DNA of 64,000 bases, taken from assembly GCA_004022145.1 (NCBI GenBank), contig RCNU01000001.1, one strand, 5' to 3'. Positions within the stretch are counted from its first letter, which is position 1, and every line of letters starts with the position of its first letter. Shown here piece after piece: positions 48,693 through 60,299 of the stretch. The translations under genes and the position numbers were made by a program. The stretch is from Paecilomyces variotii (lineage: Eukaryota). The notes under the pieces are model-generated. The model was not told where the DNA came from. It made no database searches and was given only the letters and a program-made list of their open reading frames with translations.

Positions 48693-50984
48693 CTACAGTA
48701 CCGTTCTAGCCCACACGTCTCTCATCCAGGGGAGAGACAGCCATGGGATAGTTGGGGATGGGCTTCTGATTTCCTTTTCGGTGTCATGTCCTGGTTCAGC
48801 CTCTTCCTCAGGGGCAGCTAGACCATTTGCTGTATTGCGAATCCGGTCAAGCCAACTCAACAAGTCCATATTGATTGTATCTGCATCATCGATAACACCG
48901 GTATCGAGCTCATCTAGTTCGTCAGGGATCAGGTATTTCTCACTTTCCCACACCAGCTGCGTCAAGGGCGCCACATCGAAATTCAGATTACGCCCGTCAC
49001 CAGCACGGAAGCTCTGCCAGAAGAAGTCGTCGTCAACTTCCTCGGCTTCCTCCCAAATCTCGGGGTTTTCCGCGCGTGAAACTCGACGGATGGCTACCTT
49101 GTTATGGGGCTTGAGCTTGCACTGCCCCCAGAAGGTTTTCCCTTTAAACCCGACAACCCCAGTGCCGGAGTAATACCAGAAGGTAGTCGGTAAGAAATCG
49201 GCCCATTCTTCGAGACCTCGGGGAAGAATCTGCCACTCGAATACTGGATTGTCTCTTCCTGTGAAGCGGTGGTGGATCAAGAGCAAACGGGCCATACGCT
49301 CCACGAGTGCTGTTACCTGCGCAGTCATCAGCCGTCGGATTCCGTAGGTGTGAATTGCATCTGCCAGTGCGCTCGATTGGAGCACTGAGTTCCGGTCATC
49401 CGCGTCTGCCCGGGAGGCTGCCGTGAGATATTCTGCTACGACTGACCTGGCGTGTCTTGATTGCTGTCTTACTTCCCTAAGCAGGTCGTAACAGGCGTTC
49501 ATATGGCTCCGGAATTCGCGTAATCGGGCCCTGGTCCAGGCGGTTTTCGCCATTCTGAAATATTCCGCCGCCCTAGGATGCACATGGTACGGAGCCGATG
49601 TCATAACCTCGAATAGCGCAGTCAGGAAATCGTACGAAACACTCCCTTTGGCATTTCGGACGGCGTCCGGTCCAAATCGCGGCCGGGAGAGGACAAAGGA
49701 TCTCTCGAATAGCTCGTACCAGACGTTTTCCGGTACGGGGATATTGTACGAGCGCGATACGTAGTCCAGAACGCGCAGGGCGCTTTGCAAGTCGTTGTTG
49801 GTCCCGAATCCATGTGCTACGGCGAAAAGTAAGCGTTCTGACGGATGGAGCGGAGAGGAAGGCTCGAAGCTGGTTGCGGGAGGAATCTTTTCGGGGTCAT
49901 TCTCCTCCCGTAACAGATCAATATCGACGTTCCAGACCAGCTTGAGGATACTTTTCATGTTTCCCGTATGGCCCGTGCGGCAGCAAGCCAGGAAGAGATT
50001 CACAAACGTCCTCTCATCTGGAGGAATCTCTCGTTGCGTCATGTCCCTGAAAATAGCCATCACCTTCAAGCGGACACTTCTGTTTCCAGTTCCGTAACCC
50101 TGCCATCCTTCACTAGGAGTGTCAGACCGTCTCTTGCGATAGTAGTACGGAGTGACGCGCAGGTTATACTTTTCGCGCCCAACGAACGTATGGTCCCAGA
50201 CTTTGGCTTCCATGTAGTGATTATAGCACTGGATGTCTGGATCCACTCTCTCCTCCTTCATGTCGAGCCAGATGGCGTCTGCCATCTCCACATCGCCCAT
50301 GGCGCGTGCACAATCGAGGAGATGTTGGTATTCTGCCAGTCCCAGGGTCTGCTCCCCCTCGTGCCTGATGCGAATGATTGCCGCAAGGTTGTGAACGAAC
50401 TCGTCGAATATAACCTCTAATGGTTTAAACATCTTCGCCAAAACCCCTGTTAGATGCATAGGCCGGTAAATGGGCCGGTAAGGCTCAATGAAGTAGGCTG
50501 GGGACAGGATACGCAGTGCCTCGACAAAGACGCTGGATGGCAGCGATGCGACCACTTCACGGTACTGCGGATCCAACATTGCATTCATCACCCGGTCTGG
50601 TTGGCCATCTCGAATGATTCTGTAAAATGCACGCTCTCGTGCCACCGCGTCTTCCCGGGGCTCATTGTCCTCTTCTCGCGACGCTTCTGAGGGACCTTCG
50701 AGCACGCTCGTAAAATTCCAACTCTGTCGCGAGACGAACCTGTTGTCAAATATACTCGACCTGTCTGGGGGTGGAGCCGGCTTCCATTTGGGTTTCGGGA
50801 TAAGATCTACATCTGTTGGAATGTCAGATTTGGTGGTTGTCGTCCGCAGATGAACCCGATCCCCGCGACGGGAGACACAGAGACCAGGAACCGGGCGATG
50901 ATATCCTGGACATGGCAGAGGAGCAGCGAAAGAATCAGTTCGAAAGATGATGCCCCGCATGAAGGGCGATAAGAACGTTATCAT
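48693..50984 (-). CDS. Mitochondrial PPR-like protein, Aep2/Atp13 family (start codon uncertain)
   Basis: PPR-like repeats (YQHLLDCARAMGD..A..IWLDM..PDIQCYNHYM; PPDERTF) and SPLHPSERLLFAVAHGFGTNNDLQSALRVLDYVSRSYNIPVP. The frame stays open upstream to 51428, with in-frame ATGs at 50960, 50984, 51182 and 51233. Confidence 0.75.
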   Translation of the reverse strand: MITFLSPFMRGIIFRTDSFAAPLPCPGYHRPVPGLCVSRRGDRVHLRTTTTKSDIPTDVDLIPKPKWKPAPPPDRSSIFDNRFVSRQSWNFTSVLEGPSEASREEDNEPREDAVARERAFYRIIRDGQPDRVMNAMLDPQYREVVASLPSSVFVEALRILSPAYFIEPYRPIYRPMHLTGVLAKMFKPLEVIFDEFVHNLAAIIRIRHEGEQTLGLAEYQHLLDCARAMGDVEMADAIWLDMKEERVDPDIQCYNHYMEAKVWDHTFVGREKYNLRVTPYYYRKRRSDTPSEGWQGYGTGNRSVRLKVMAIFRDMTQREIPPDERTFVNLFLACCRTGHTGNMKSILKLVWNVDIDLLREENDPEKIPPATSFEPSSPLHPSERLLFAVAHGFGTNNDLQSALRVLDYVSRSYNIPVPENVWYELFERSFVLSRPRFGPDAVRNAKGSVSYDFLTALFEVMTSAPYHVHPRAAEYFRMAKTAWTRARLREFRSHMNACYDLLREVRQQSRHARSVVAEYLTAASRADADDRNSVLQSSALADAIHTYGIRRLMTAQVTALVERMARLLLIHHRFTGRDNPVFEWQILPRGLEEWADFLPTTFWYYSGTGVVGFKGKTFWGQCKLKPHNKVAIRRVSRAENPEIWEEAEEVDDDFFWQSFRAGDGRNLNFDVAPLTQLVWESEKYLIPDELDELDTGVIDDADTINMDLLSWLDRIRNTANGLAAPEEEAEPGHDTEKEIRSPSPTIPWLSLPWMRDVWARTVL

Positions 50985-51231
50985 GAACTTGGGTGGAGTA
51001 TCGTCAACTAGCGGATCAATCCAAACTCTCCCGAGTCTTAGTTTTCTTGGGTTTTGTCCGCGCTTGGCGTCTTTTGATGCGCTACTGTAGGCCGACCTCG
51101 TCTGCCGCCAGAAGTCCCAAGCTCGCCGGTAGATAGCTCTTGCGACGCTCAATCGACGCAACCTCCTCGTCGCTCTTTTCATACCTTGCTGTCCTGTTCC
51201 CTGTGGACCGTGATTTACTACACTCCGCGCC

Positions 51232-51715
51232 ATGGCTGACGTTGAGGACGCCGGTTCCTCTGTCTCGGAGCCCTTAGATCTCGTCCGTCTGTCGCTCGAC
51301 GAGGTCGTTTTCGTGAAGCTACGTGGGGATCGCGAACTGAAGGGCCGGTTACATGTGAGAAACACACAAGATATATGTTGATGGACTGAACTGGGAAGCT
51401 CATTGCGCGACAGGCCTACGACAGTCACTGCAACCTGGTGCTAGGGGAGGTCGAAGAGACCGTCTACGTGGTGGAAGAGGATGAATCCGGGGAAGAAACA
51501 ATCAAGGTGCGTTTGTCTGGGCTATGATGCACCTATGGTCCGTGTCAGGATTACTGATGCTCATGGCAACCGGTTTAGACCATCAGGAAGCAGGAAGAGA
51601 TGCTTTTCGTACGAGGTGAGTCGTGTGCTACTGAACGCTCTAGGCTGAACTATGGATGCTCATGATGTCTTCTCGCACAGGTGACTCGGTCGTGTTGATC
51701 TCCCCTCAAGCGTAA
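51232..51715 (+). CDS. LSM3: U6 snRNA-associated Sm-like protein Lsm3, 4 exons (missed by the ORF track)
   Basis: Spliced product [57 protein letters not shown]..|[23 protein letters not shown]. Confidence 0.95.
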
Positions 51716-52401
51716 TACAATCGGGTCGAGGAATACTTGGGAAGGACGATATCTGGACGCGCATGTGGACGCGCATGCTGCAGGGAAGAAGAGTGAAGCA
51801 GAGGGAGCTTTTGAAGAGACCATGGAAGTTATAATGCAGGACGACGAACTCAAAATACGTATTGAAACGGATAAAATGGGCTTTATGACCCGCACATCTA
51901 GGTAGCTACTATTACCTAGGCACCTAGTGGGATAGACACGAATAGGACCTGACGGGCACAGACCCGACACTCCGCCTCAGGAATGCAAAAAGAAAAATGA
52001 GACTCCACGAAGGCGCATGCCACTAAAAAGTGCTATGATACATCACTCGTTCTGCCTAGAATGACTGACCAGCTGCGGCGGTGGTGGAATGACTCAGTTG
52101 TGCGCGTGTGAGTCGCGCGAGGAGCCTCGGGAGTCACTCGCTATCGATAACTTTAAGTCCGCTTCGCCGTCATCGCCGCGCCAACATCTCCTTTCCGTCT
52201 GCTCTCCCTCCGCACTCTGGTTTTACCATCTGTTTCGCATATTATTCTTGTATCTAGACTGAACCATGATCATTCGAATACGTACCTGAATCCGCCTGTG
52301 GCGACAATATCGACTTACCCTATAGCTACCTAGATACCATTAGTTTCACCACTACTTCCAGACCGCTTCCCCGGATCTTGCTACTACACACCACCCGAAT
52401 C

Positions 52402-54439
52402 ATGCCGCAGGCCGGCCAGAAACAGACCCCTGAGGAGCGCCGGCGAGGTGAACTGGTATGGTCCTTCATGTCCTGACTGGAAATCTCGTAAGGAGAGAAG
52501 ACTCACCAGCTTTGCGACAGGCACTGAGTGAATTCGCCGACTACGTCGCAAAGGAACAGGCTCATCGCGCGGTCTATGGCATCGCTGCCAATGCTCCTGG
52601 TGCTTTCAGCGATAGCGGATACTCGACAACCAGCCCGTCTATAGTCACTGAAGACCATGCGGAGTTGGACATCTTGGACCAGTTGGGACTGTCAGATGCC
52701 CCCAGCAATGTCCGGTTAAAAGACCTCCTGCTTGGCACCGAAACAGAACCCGAGAGCAGTCTTCAGCTGCTGGCTGGGATCATACAATCTCGAATTGACG
52801 AAGGCCATGGCGAGACGCTGTTCGATCTGGGCCAGGAGGACAACGGAGAGTCGATGGGGTTTGACATCACGCAGTGGAATACGGCCCTGGCTCGGCTACG
52901 AGAGGCAGCTGAGACGATTCCTGCACACTGTCGGGTTCTATTGACGTACAATGTGGGTGGCCCGGAGGAGACAACGACAAAATCAGACAAGGTGAAGGGC
53001 TCCTGTGGCAAGATCTTGATCCGGCAGGTCCCCGGATCGGCGGAGGAAGTAATTGAGACAAGAATTGCAGTTGTGGGAAATGTTGACGCTGGAAAGAGCA
53101 CTATGCTGGGTGTTCTGGTGAAAGGCAGCCTGGATGACGGCCGTGGACGCGCTCGGGTCAGCCTCTTCCGTCACAAGCATGAGATCGAAAGTGGACGTAC
53201 CAGCTCTGTTGGCATGGAGATCATGGGCTTTGACAGCTATGGGAATATCGTGAGTAGCACACAAGGACGCAAGCTATCCTGGGAGGAGATTGGTAAAAAG
53301 GCCGCGAAAGTGATATCTTTCTCTGACCTGGCTGGCCATGAACGCTATCTCCGCACGACCGTGTTTGGGATGCTGAGCAGCAGCCCCAACTATTGCCTGC
53401 TGATGGTGGCCGCCAACAACGGCTTGATCGGTATGAGTAAGGAACACCTAGGGATTGCGTTGGCGCTCAACGTGCCTGTGATGGTGGTGATTACGAAAAT
53501 CGACATCTGCCCTCCACAGATTCGGGAGCAGACGATTACTCAGTTGACGCGAATTCTCAAGTCCCCAGGAGCTCGCAAAATTCCCATTTTCGTCCAAGAC
53601 ATGGAGAGCACCATCAATACCGCGACTCAATTCGTCAGCAAACGTATCTGCCCTATCTTTCAGGTTTCTAACGTCACGGGCGAGAGTCTTGATCTGGTGC
53701 GGACATTTCTAAATATCCTCCCTCACTACGGTTACTACAACCCGGAGGCGCCATTTGAGTTCTTGGTCAACGATACATTCTCCGTCCCCTTCGTGGGGAC
53801 AGTCGTCTCTGGCGTGGTGAAGTCCGGGGTTGTCCATGCCGGTGACACGGTGCAGATAGGCCCCGACTCTCTTGGTCAGTTCACGACTACGACAATCAAG
53901 TCCATTGAGCGCAAGCGTATCCCAGTCAATGTGTGCACGGCGGGACAGTCTGCCTCCTTCGCATTGAAGCGTGTCCGGCGAAAGGAAGTCCGTAAGGGCA
54001 TGGTGGTGCTGCCTAAGCTCGAAGGCCCTCCTAAGGTGTATCGAGAATTTGTTGCTGAAGGTAGGTTCCTTTTGCCCACCGTGGTTTACGTCTCATCTGT
54101 TAGTTATCTACGCATTGATGCTTACTATCCTGGCTAGTTCTCATCCTATCACATGCGACGACGATCAAACCGAAGTATCAAGCCATGCTCCACGTGGGAG
54201 CGGTTAGCCAGACGTGCGCCATCATTGATATTGATCGTGCATTCATCCGGACGGGTGATCGGGCGCTGGTCGCCTTCCGTTTCGTCCAACGACCCGAGTT
54301 CCTTGCTGTTGGAGATCGAGTGCTCTTCCGAGAGGGTCGGACGAAAGGTCTGGGGATCGTCAAGAGTGTCGGATACGATCCAGAGAAACCCCTGAATCCG
54401 GAGGCCAAGGCCGCTAAGGAGGGTAAATCATCAGGATAG
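52402..54439 (+). CDS. GTPBP1: GTP-binding protein 1-like translational GTPase, 3 exons
   Basis: GNVDAGKST, HEIESGRTSS, DLAGHERY and TKID, plus EF-Tu-like domains II/III ending FREGRTKGLG. Introns about 52455-52509 and 54062-54136. Confidence 0.92.
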
Positions 54440-55499
54440 CAATGTTTAATTTGACTTGCTCTGTGTCTTTGTGCCGATTTCATACATTTCATTATTGGTC
54501 TTTTTTCTACTGCAATCTCATGCTTGCACGTGACGACCCGAACCAGAGGATCGGGATGTCCAAGGATGATATCTATGTGGTGAGCTTACAATTTCATGTC
54601 TACACCTTTGATTATACTGCATAGATAAGGTCCGGGGAGTTTTTTTCCTTTCCAGGCTTAGCTAGTAATCGTTCGTTTTCCTTGTCCTGGCGGTGTAGCA
54701 TTATTATTGAGCATCAGCACATGCATCATTCTTCAATCTGTGGCTGGAAAAATATGTCAATATCATGCATTATTATCACGATTCCAGAATTACTTCTAAG
54801 TTAGGTAGATCATAGTATGTACACAGATCCAGTGACCCTCACGCTCTCGGTACTCGGTACATACCTGATCACTGCTGTGCCACTTTTTCCCGCCATCCCG
54901 CTTTCAATAATATGCAGATCTATGGTACTATGCGAGTAGATCGGATCAATCCACACAGCACGGCTGGGACGGTTCCACAATTGCAAGCTGATATCATACC
55001 AATTCTTTCTTTCGCAGGCTGAACGATGATCGCACAACGACAATGTTGGCGTTCCGTTTCGGCCAGACCACGTGATGGCACTGACGTCAGACATGAGGCA
55101 ACCGGACAACTCGTCCTTGTTGCTTTCTGTCGCTCACGGCCGTCTCTTTTCTGCGATCGAGAAGAACAAATTCACCAATGATGGCCACATGGTGGCTGTC
55201 GTGCCCCGTCCGGCCACTGCCCCTCCATCCTCTCGGAAAAGGGGAGAGACGCAGACGTCAGTGGGGGACGACTGACGTCGGTGAAGTCTTCGACTCGTAA
55301 TGCCTGCTCCCAGTTCATTTCCGGACCAAACGTAGCGATATATTTTGGCCACCCCTGAATGATCTCCCTCTTGTCTCTAGGAATTGGCATTCATATGTTA
55401 TCGGGTTTACGATTAACTATCCGGAAAATTACTTGTCTATCATCGTGATCTACTTTGAAGATACCCCCCTACCTCTCAGGTAAATAACAAAACATCATC

Positions 55500-56334
55500 A
55501 TGGAGACTGTGAACAGGGCCATCGATACTGCGTCCCAGGCTATCTGGGGCGAGAACTCTTCTCAGTCGCAGTTGCAGCAGCAGCAGCAACAGCATGGTTC
55601 TGAGCCTCTGTCTGGTGTGTCTGGCAAGGGCACTGTTACCGATCCCTATGACGCTGGAAACCGTGATGGTACGTGTCTCATCCCATACTGAGGTTACGGG
55701 CAGAGGATTGATCCTCTTGCACGCTTCTGTTTTCTATCCGAATGATGCTAACTACCTAACCATCTTACAGAGCAACCCGCTGCTGCCACTCAGACCGGCG
55801 GTATCGACCCTGCCAATAGACCTGCTAGCTACGCAGCATCCGGCAATAGGAACTACCAGGCCTCTGGCTCTGAATATCCCGCTTCCGGCGTGCAGCCTGG
55901 CGATGAGGGTGATGCTTCTAGCAGCCAGAAGGGAAGAACCACTACTTCCGAAATGGACTCTACCACCACCAACCAGGGCAGCGAAGGCGACAACCAGTCA
56001 TCGGAAAACACTTCTTCCGAAGAGTCCGAGAGTGCCAGACAGAATGTGAGCAAGGAAGCTCTGGAAGGACCCCAGGGTCCGCCCCCAGAGCACTACGACA
56101 CCAACGGACTTGTCGGCGAGCCAAAAAAGAGCCGCGGCGTGGTCAATGACGGTGCTGGTAAGTGCTGAGAGAACCTTGAAATATATAGATATAGTGCGAT
56201 CAATCTTTACTAACAACATCACAGAAATCCGCCAGGACAACCCTGCTTCTTCCAACAAGCCCGGAAAGGGGAACATAAGCGGAAAAGGAAGCAAGATAGC
56301 TCAACTGAAAGAGAAGCTACACGGACACATTTAA
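55500..56334 (+). CDS. Hydrophilic low-complexity fungal protein of unknown function, 3 exons
   Basis: METVNRAIDTASQAIWG..EPLSGVSGKGTVTDPYDAGNRD. GT..AG introns near 55669-55770 and 56158-56225; ends KLHGHI*. Confidence 0.65.
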
Positions 56335-57006
56335 ACCGTTTAAACTTAATGTTGCTTTTCTCTCGCGACTGAATGACACGCTACGATCTGTTTGTTTGCT
56401 TCATGTACTGTACATCTACTAATATGTTCCTGGTTGAATGTATGACGTCATTAAACTGAGATGAGATTCCTATTTGCTTCTTAAAAGACAATTAATATCT
56501 AGCACTGATATCTTTTAAGTATACTTCCTGGTTCCTTCGAGAAAATGCAGTCATGGCCAAAGATCTTAACAATATAAAAGCAAAGCCGGAATCGCTGCTT
56601 TTTGCCGGTCAATAGTAGTTAGTAGCACTGCGGGCGTGATAAGTATCTATATTCGCCGACGTTGTAAAAAGGATGCGCCTTACGCTAGTGTTATTATCAG
56701 GTCAAGCATATATATATATATACTACAATCTCATTTTCCTACTAGAATGAACCGAGCTACAATATTTGGCTTGTGCAATATATTAATAGACGCCAGCCAC
56801 TGAAAATATCACGTGACGAGACACATGTACCATAGTTATTGTTCGCCGCCGAGTCAACCTCTTCGATGATAACTGTTCCGCACTTATCTGACAACACCCC
56901 ACCACCAACGGCTCACTGAGGCTTTCCAGGTATCAGTGAGCCTGTCACTACTGTATTGTTAGTTGCAGATGTTAGGAACCGTGTGATTCTGAACCCCCTA
57001 GCCAAA

Positions 57007-58196
57007 ATGCAGGGCTTTAGTAAGTTTCCCTGAATCCAGGCGAGATCAGCGTATTATTGCACGGATTTTTTGAGCTAATACTCTCTTTTTTTTCTTCTTA
57101 TATAGATATGGGACGCTACGTCCCTCCCGACCAAGAAGGTCTAACGACAGGCAACAAACTCGCTGGAAAACATGCCCTTGGAGCACGAGCGCGCCACCTC
57201 CGCACGACAGGTGCTCTGGTCGTGCGATTCGAGATGCCCTTCGCAGTATGGTGCACGCACTGTCAGCCCGAAGCGATCATCGGACAAGGAGTGCGGTTTA
57301 ACGCGGAGAAGAAAAAAGTCGGCAACTACTACTCTACTCCGATCTACAGCTTTCGTATGAAACATACTGCTTGTGGAGGGTGGATTGAGATTCGGACGGA
57401 TCCGAAGAATACGGCGTATGTCGTTACGGAGGGTGGGAGGAAGAGGGATACGGGGGAAGATAAATTTACGGGAGAACCGGGGGAGATTCGGATTCGGTTA
57501 GGTGCGGAGGAGGAGGAAAAGAAGAAGAAGGAAGATTCGTTTGCGAAACTTGAGGGGAAGGTGGAGGATAAGAGGCGGGCGATGACGGAGTCGAGTCGTA
57601 TTCTGGAACTGCAGAAACGACAGGCGAGAGATTGGGAGGATCCGTATGAGAAGTCAAGAAAGTTGCGCAGGACGTTTCGGACGGAGAGGAAAGAGCTTCA
57701 GAAGGCGGAGGGGATCAAAGAGGCTCTGAAGGATAAGATGAGTCTGGGGATAGAGATTGTCGATGAAACGGAGGAAGACAGAATGCGTGCGGGCATGGTG
57801 GACTTTGGAGCAATTCCAGATCCTTCTCACGCAACTCGGACGAAGCCCATGTTTGCGATTTCCTCCTCGCCTCATGGCCGAAGTTCTAAGTCCTTGGACC
57901 ATGGGAAGAAAGGGAGGAAAACCAAGGCTGCTGATATTGCTACAGAGCGCAAAGCCTTGCTCCGGAGCGAGCTGAGTGGTAATACCCGCGCTGCCCTGGA
58001 TCCTTTCTTAACCGGAGAGAGTGTATGGCGGCCAGAGATCAAGAAACGAAAAGCAACAAAACAGAATGGTGGTGGTGGGAATATGGAGGGATCTGCTAAG
58101 CTGTCTCCTGATAATGGTCAAGCGATCTCAGAGACGTCCGCAGAGCGCAGTTCAGGCATGCCAGCACTCGTGGATTATGGTTCTGATTCGGATTGA
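57007..58196 (+). CDS. CWC16/YJU2 family splicing factor (CCDC130/Saf4-like), 2 exons
   Basis: MQGF|NMGRYVPP, VRFEMPFAVWC..C..IIGQGVRFNAEKKKVGNYYSTPIYSF, IEIRTDPKN and C-terminal LVDYGSDSD. Confidence 0.92.
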
Positions 58197-58502
58197 GCAG
58201 AGTGGTTTACGGCGTGTTCCGTTTGTTTTTGTTTCCTTGCATGATACCCCGGATCGGATGGAGTCGGTTCTGCTTTGAGTGCATATGGGATTATAGGTTG
58301 AACTGGCATTTTATGCTGCGAATGAGTCGTTCATGAAGCCTTCCGTCAGATCAGATACCCTCCTTTGGATATGCCAACAGTCATCTATGCGGTGTCTACA
58401 CCAATAGAAGTGGCGTTTCACATGGACAGGTCATTTGGGCTATGTACATTATAGAAAATTCATGTAGACATTACTGTTGCCTATATTGTTGAGAAGAATA
58501 GA

Positions 58503-59991
58503 TCAAGACTTAGCCCACGGAGCTCTCGTTGGCATATCACCCGGATCATCACGGGAGTTGGCTGGAGGCTGGTCTCGAGCCCATGGAGCTCGTGTAGGCG
58601 CCATCGGTCCGGGTGGCATCCGGGATGTGTCTGGAAGAATCGGACCTGTGCCAGCGGCCGGAACAGATGCTGGCCCTCTGGAAGCCGCCCAGGGCGCAGC
58701 CGTGGCTCCGATCGGTCCTGTAGATTGCGAAGCCCAAGGCGCCCTGGCGCCGTAATCAGTGGAAGTCCCCGGAGCCTGAGCTAGCGTGCCTTCTGCAGGG
58801 CGAGCTTGAGGTCCCGATGTAGCGTGCACCGTTGATGGAGGAGGGGGAGCATTGGGATCCTTTTCCCAGCTCAAGAGTGAACCGAAGGGGAAGTGCTGTA
58901 CCACGGGAAATTTGGAAAGAACTTCCGCGTTATACATCTTGATCATGCCTTTGTTAATTTTAGCCCATCCCGCCTTGATACCGGAGATATCATATAGCAT
59001 AGGACTGTGCTCCCAAAATGGTCCTCTCTTGACATCATATATGAACCCGATGGCAGAAAAATACATGTTAGTCTTTCTCTCTCTCTCGACGACAGCGGCC
59101 TTTGCGACTCCAGAAGGATCCGGGGCATCAGGTAATGATCCTTCCACTGGAGTCTGATCGGTCTCTGTTATGGCAGGGGAAAGCTGCGCTGAACCAAAAA
59201 TGTAGGGAATAAAGGAATGGTCATCCAGACCCCATACACCGTGGGATCCTGCTGGCTCGAGTGTATAAGTCTTTATAATCGTTCGAACAAGTTGAAGGTA
59301 CCTAGGCAACCGACATGTTAGCATAATTCCTGCATGTTGATTTACGAGTAACGTACGGTTCTATCACTCCAAGGACGATGCCTCTTTCCTCGACTCCCTG
59401 GCTTGCTTTGGGGAACCCGTTGAGCTTCCATATACAGGCCAAGAAAGCCAGGAAGCTCAATTCATGTCCACTTCCATAGTCAAGTCTTTGCGGGCTTCCG
59501 AAACTTCCCAGGAAGTAAGGTATCAACTCAACTTTAGCTGATGGAGAGTCGGGTTCAGTGTTTTCTGGCCGTAGTACTTCCGGCCATAAGCACTCGTCCA
59601 GAAGATCCGAAGCTCGACTCTCCACGACCTGATACCATTTCCTAAAACTGATATTTCCGAACCGTCTGGGTCCTTTGTCCGGAGGAGTTTCCTGGAGGAT
59701 TTCCTCGAGCTTTTCCAAAAGTAACTGCAGCCGTCGGACGGGTTCTGAGAACTCCACTGCGTCTGAATTGAGTGGCCACGTCTGTACCGTGCCATCGGGC
59801 AGTTTCGAAGGAAACATCGATCTATTCAATTGCAAAAGGAACGTCATCGTGTCAGTGTAAGCTTTGGTGGTTAGGAATGTCGAGACGTCCTGGCCTTCGT
59901 GGATCTTTTTGCTGGGCTCCACGAAGGAATGTCTCTGAGAGGTCTGCAGGGTCTCAAGGACCCTAACAGAGGCTGCTCCATCGAGAGCCAT
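58503..59991 (-). CDS. RRD1: PP2A activator PTPA, Rrd1/Ypa1-type, 2 exons
   Basis: [43 protein letters not shown] and [12 protein letters not shown]; Pro-rich tail with APWA repeats. Confidence 0.9.
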
Positions 59992-60299
59992 TGTAAATAA
60001 ACTACCAACCGGCTGCAAGATGGTAGTGAGCTGCGGTGCTTTCAAGTCGTCGAGTTCATGAACAATGGACTATCGAGGTGGGGTGATGGCGGGGAGTGCT
60101 TAAACTGGCGGGAGAGCTTGTCGCGCTTCTCCACCATAGCTCGACTTTCTCTTTGCTCCGAAACACCGCGCGACCCCTGAGGCTGTCCGACTTCTCGCTT
60201 ACTGCGTACTAGTTACCCAGTTATGCGATGCAAGCCGCGCCTGGCTTCATTGACACGGTGCCCTCTGTGCACGCCGGGCTTTGATGTCCCTGGGTGGTC

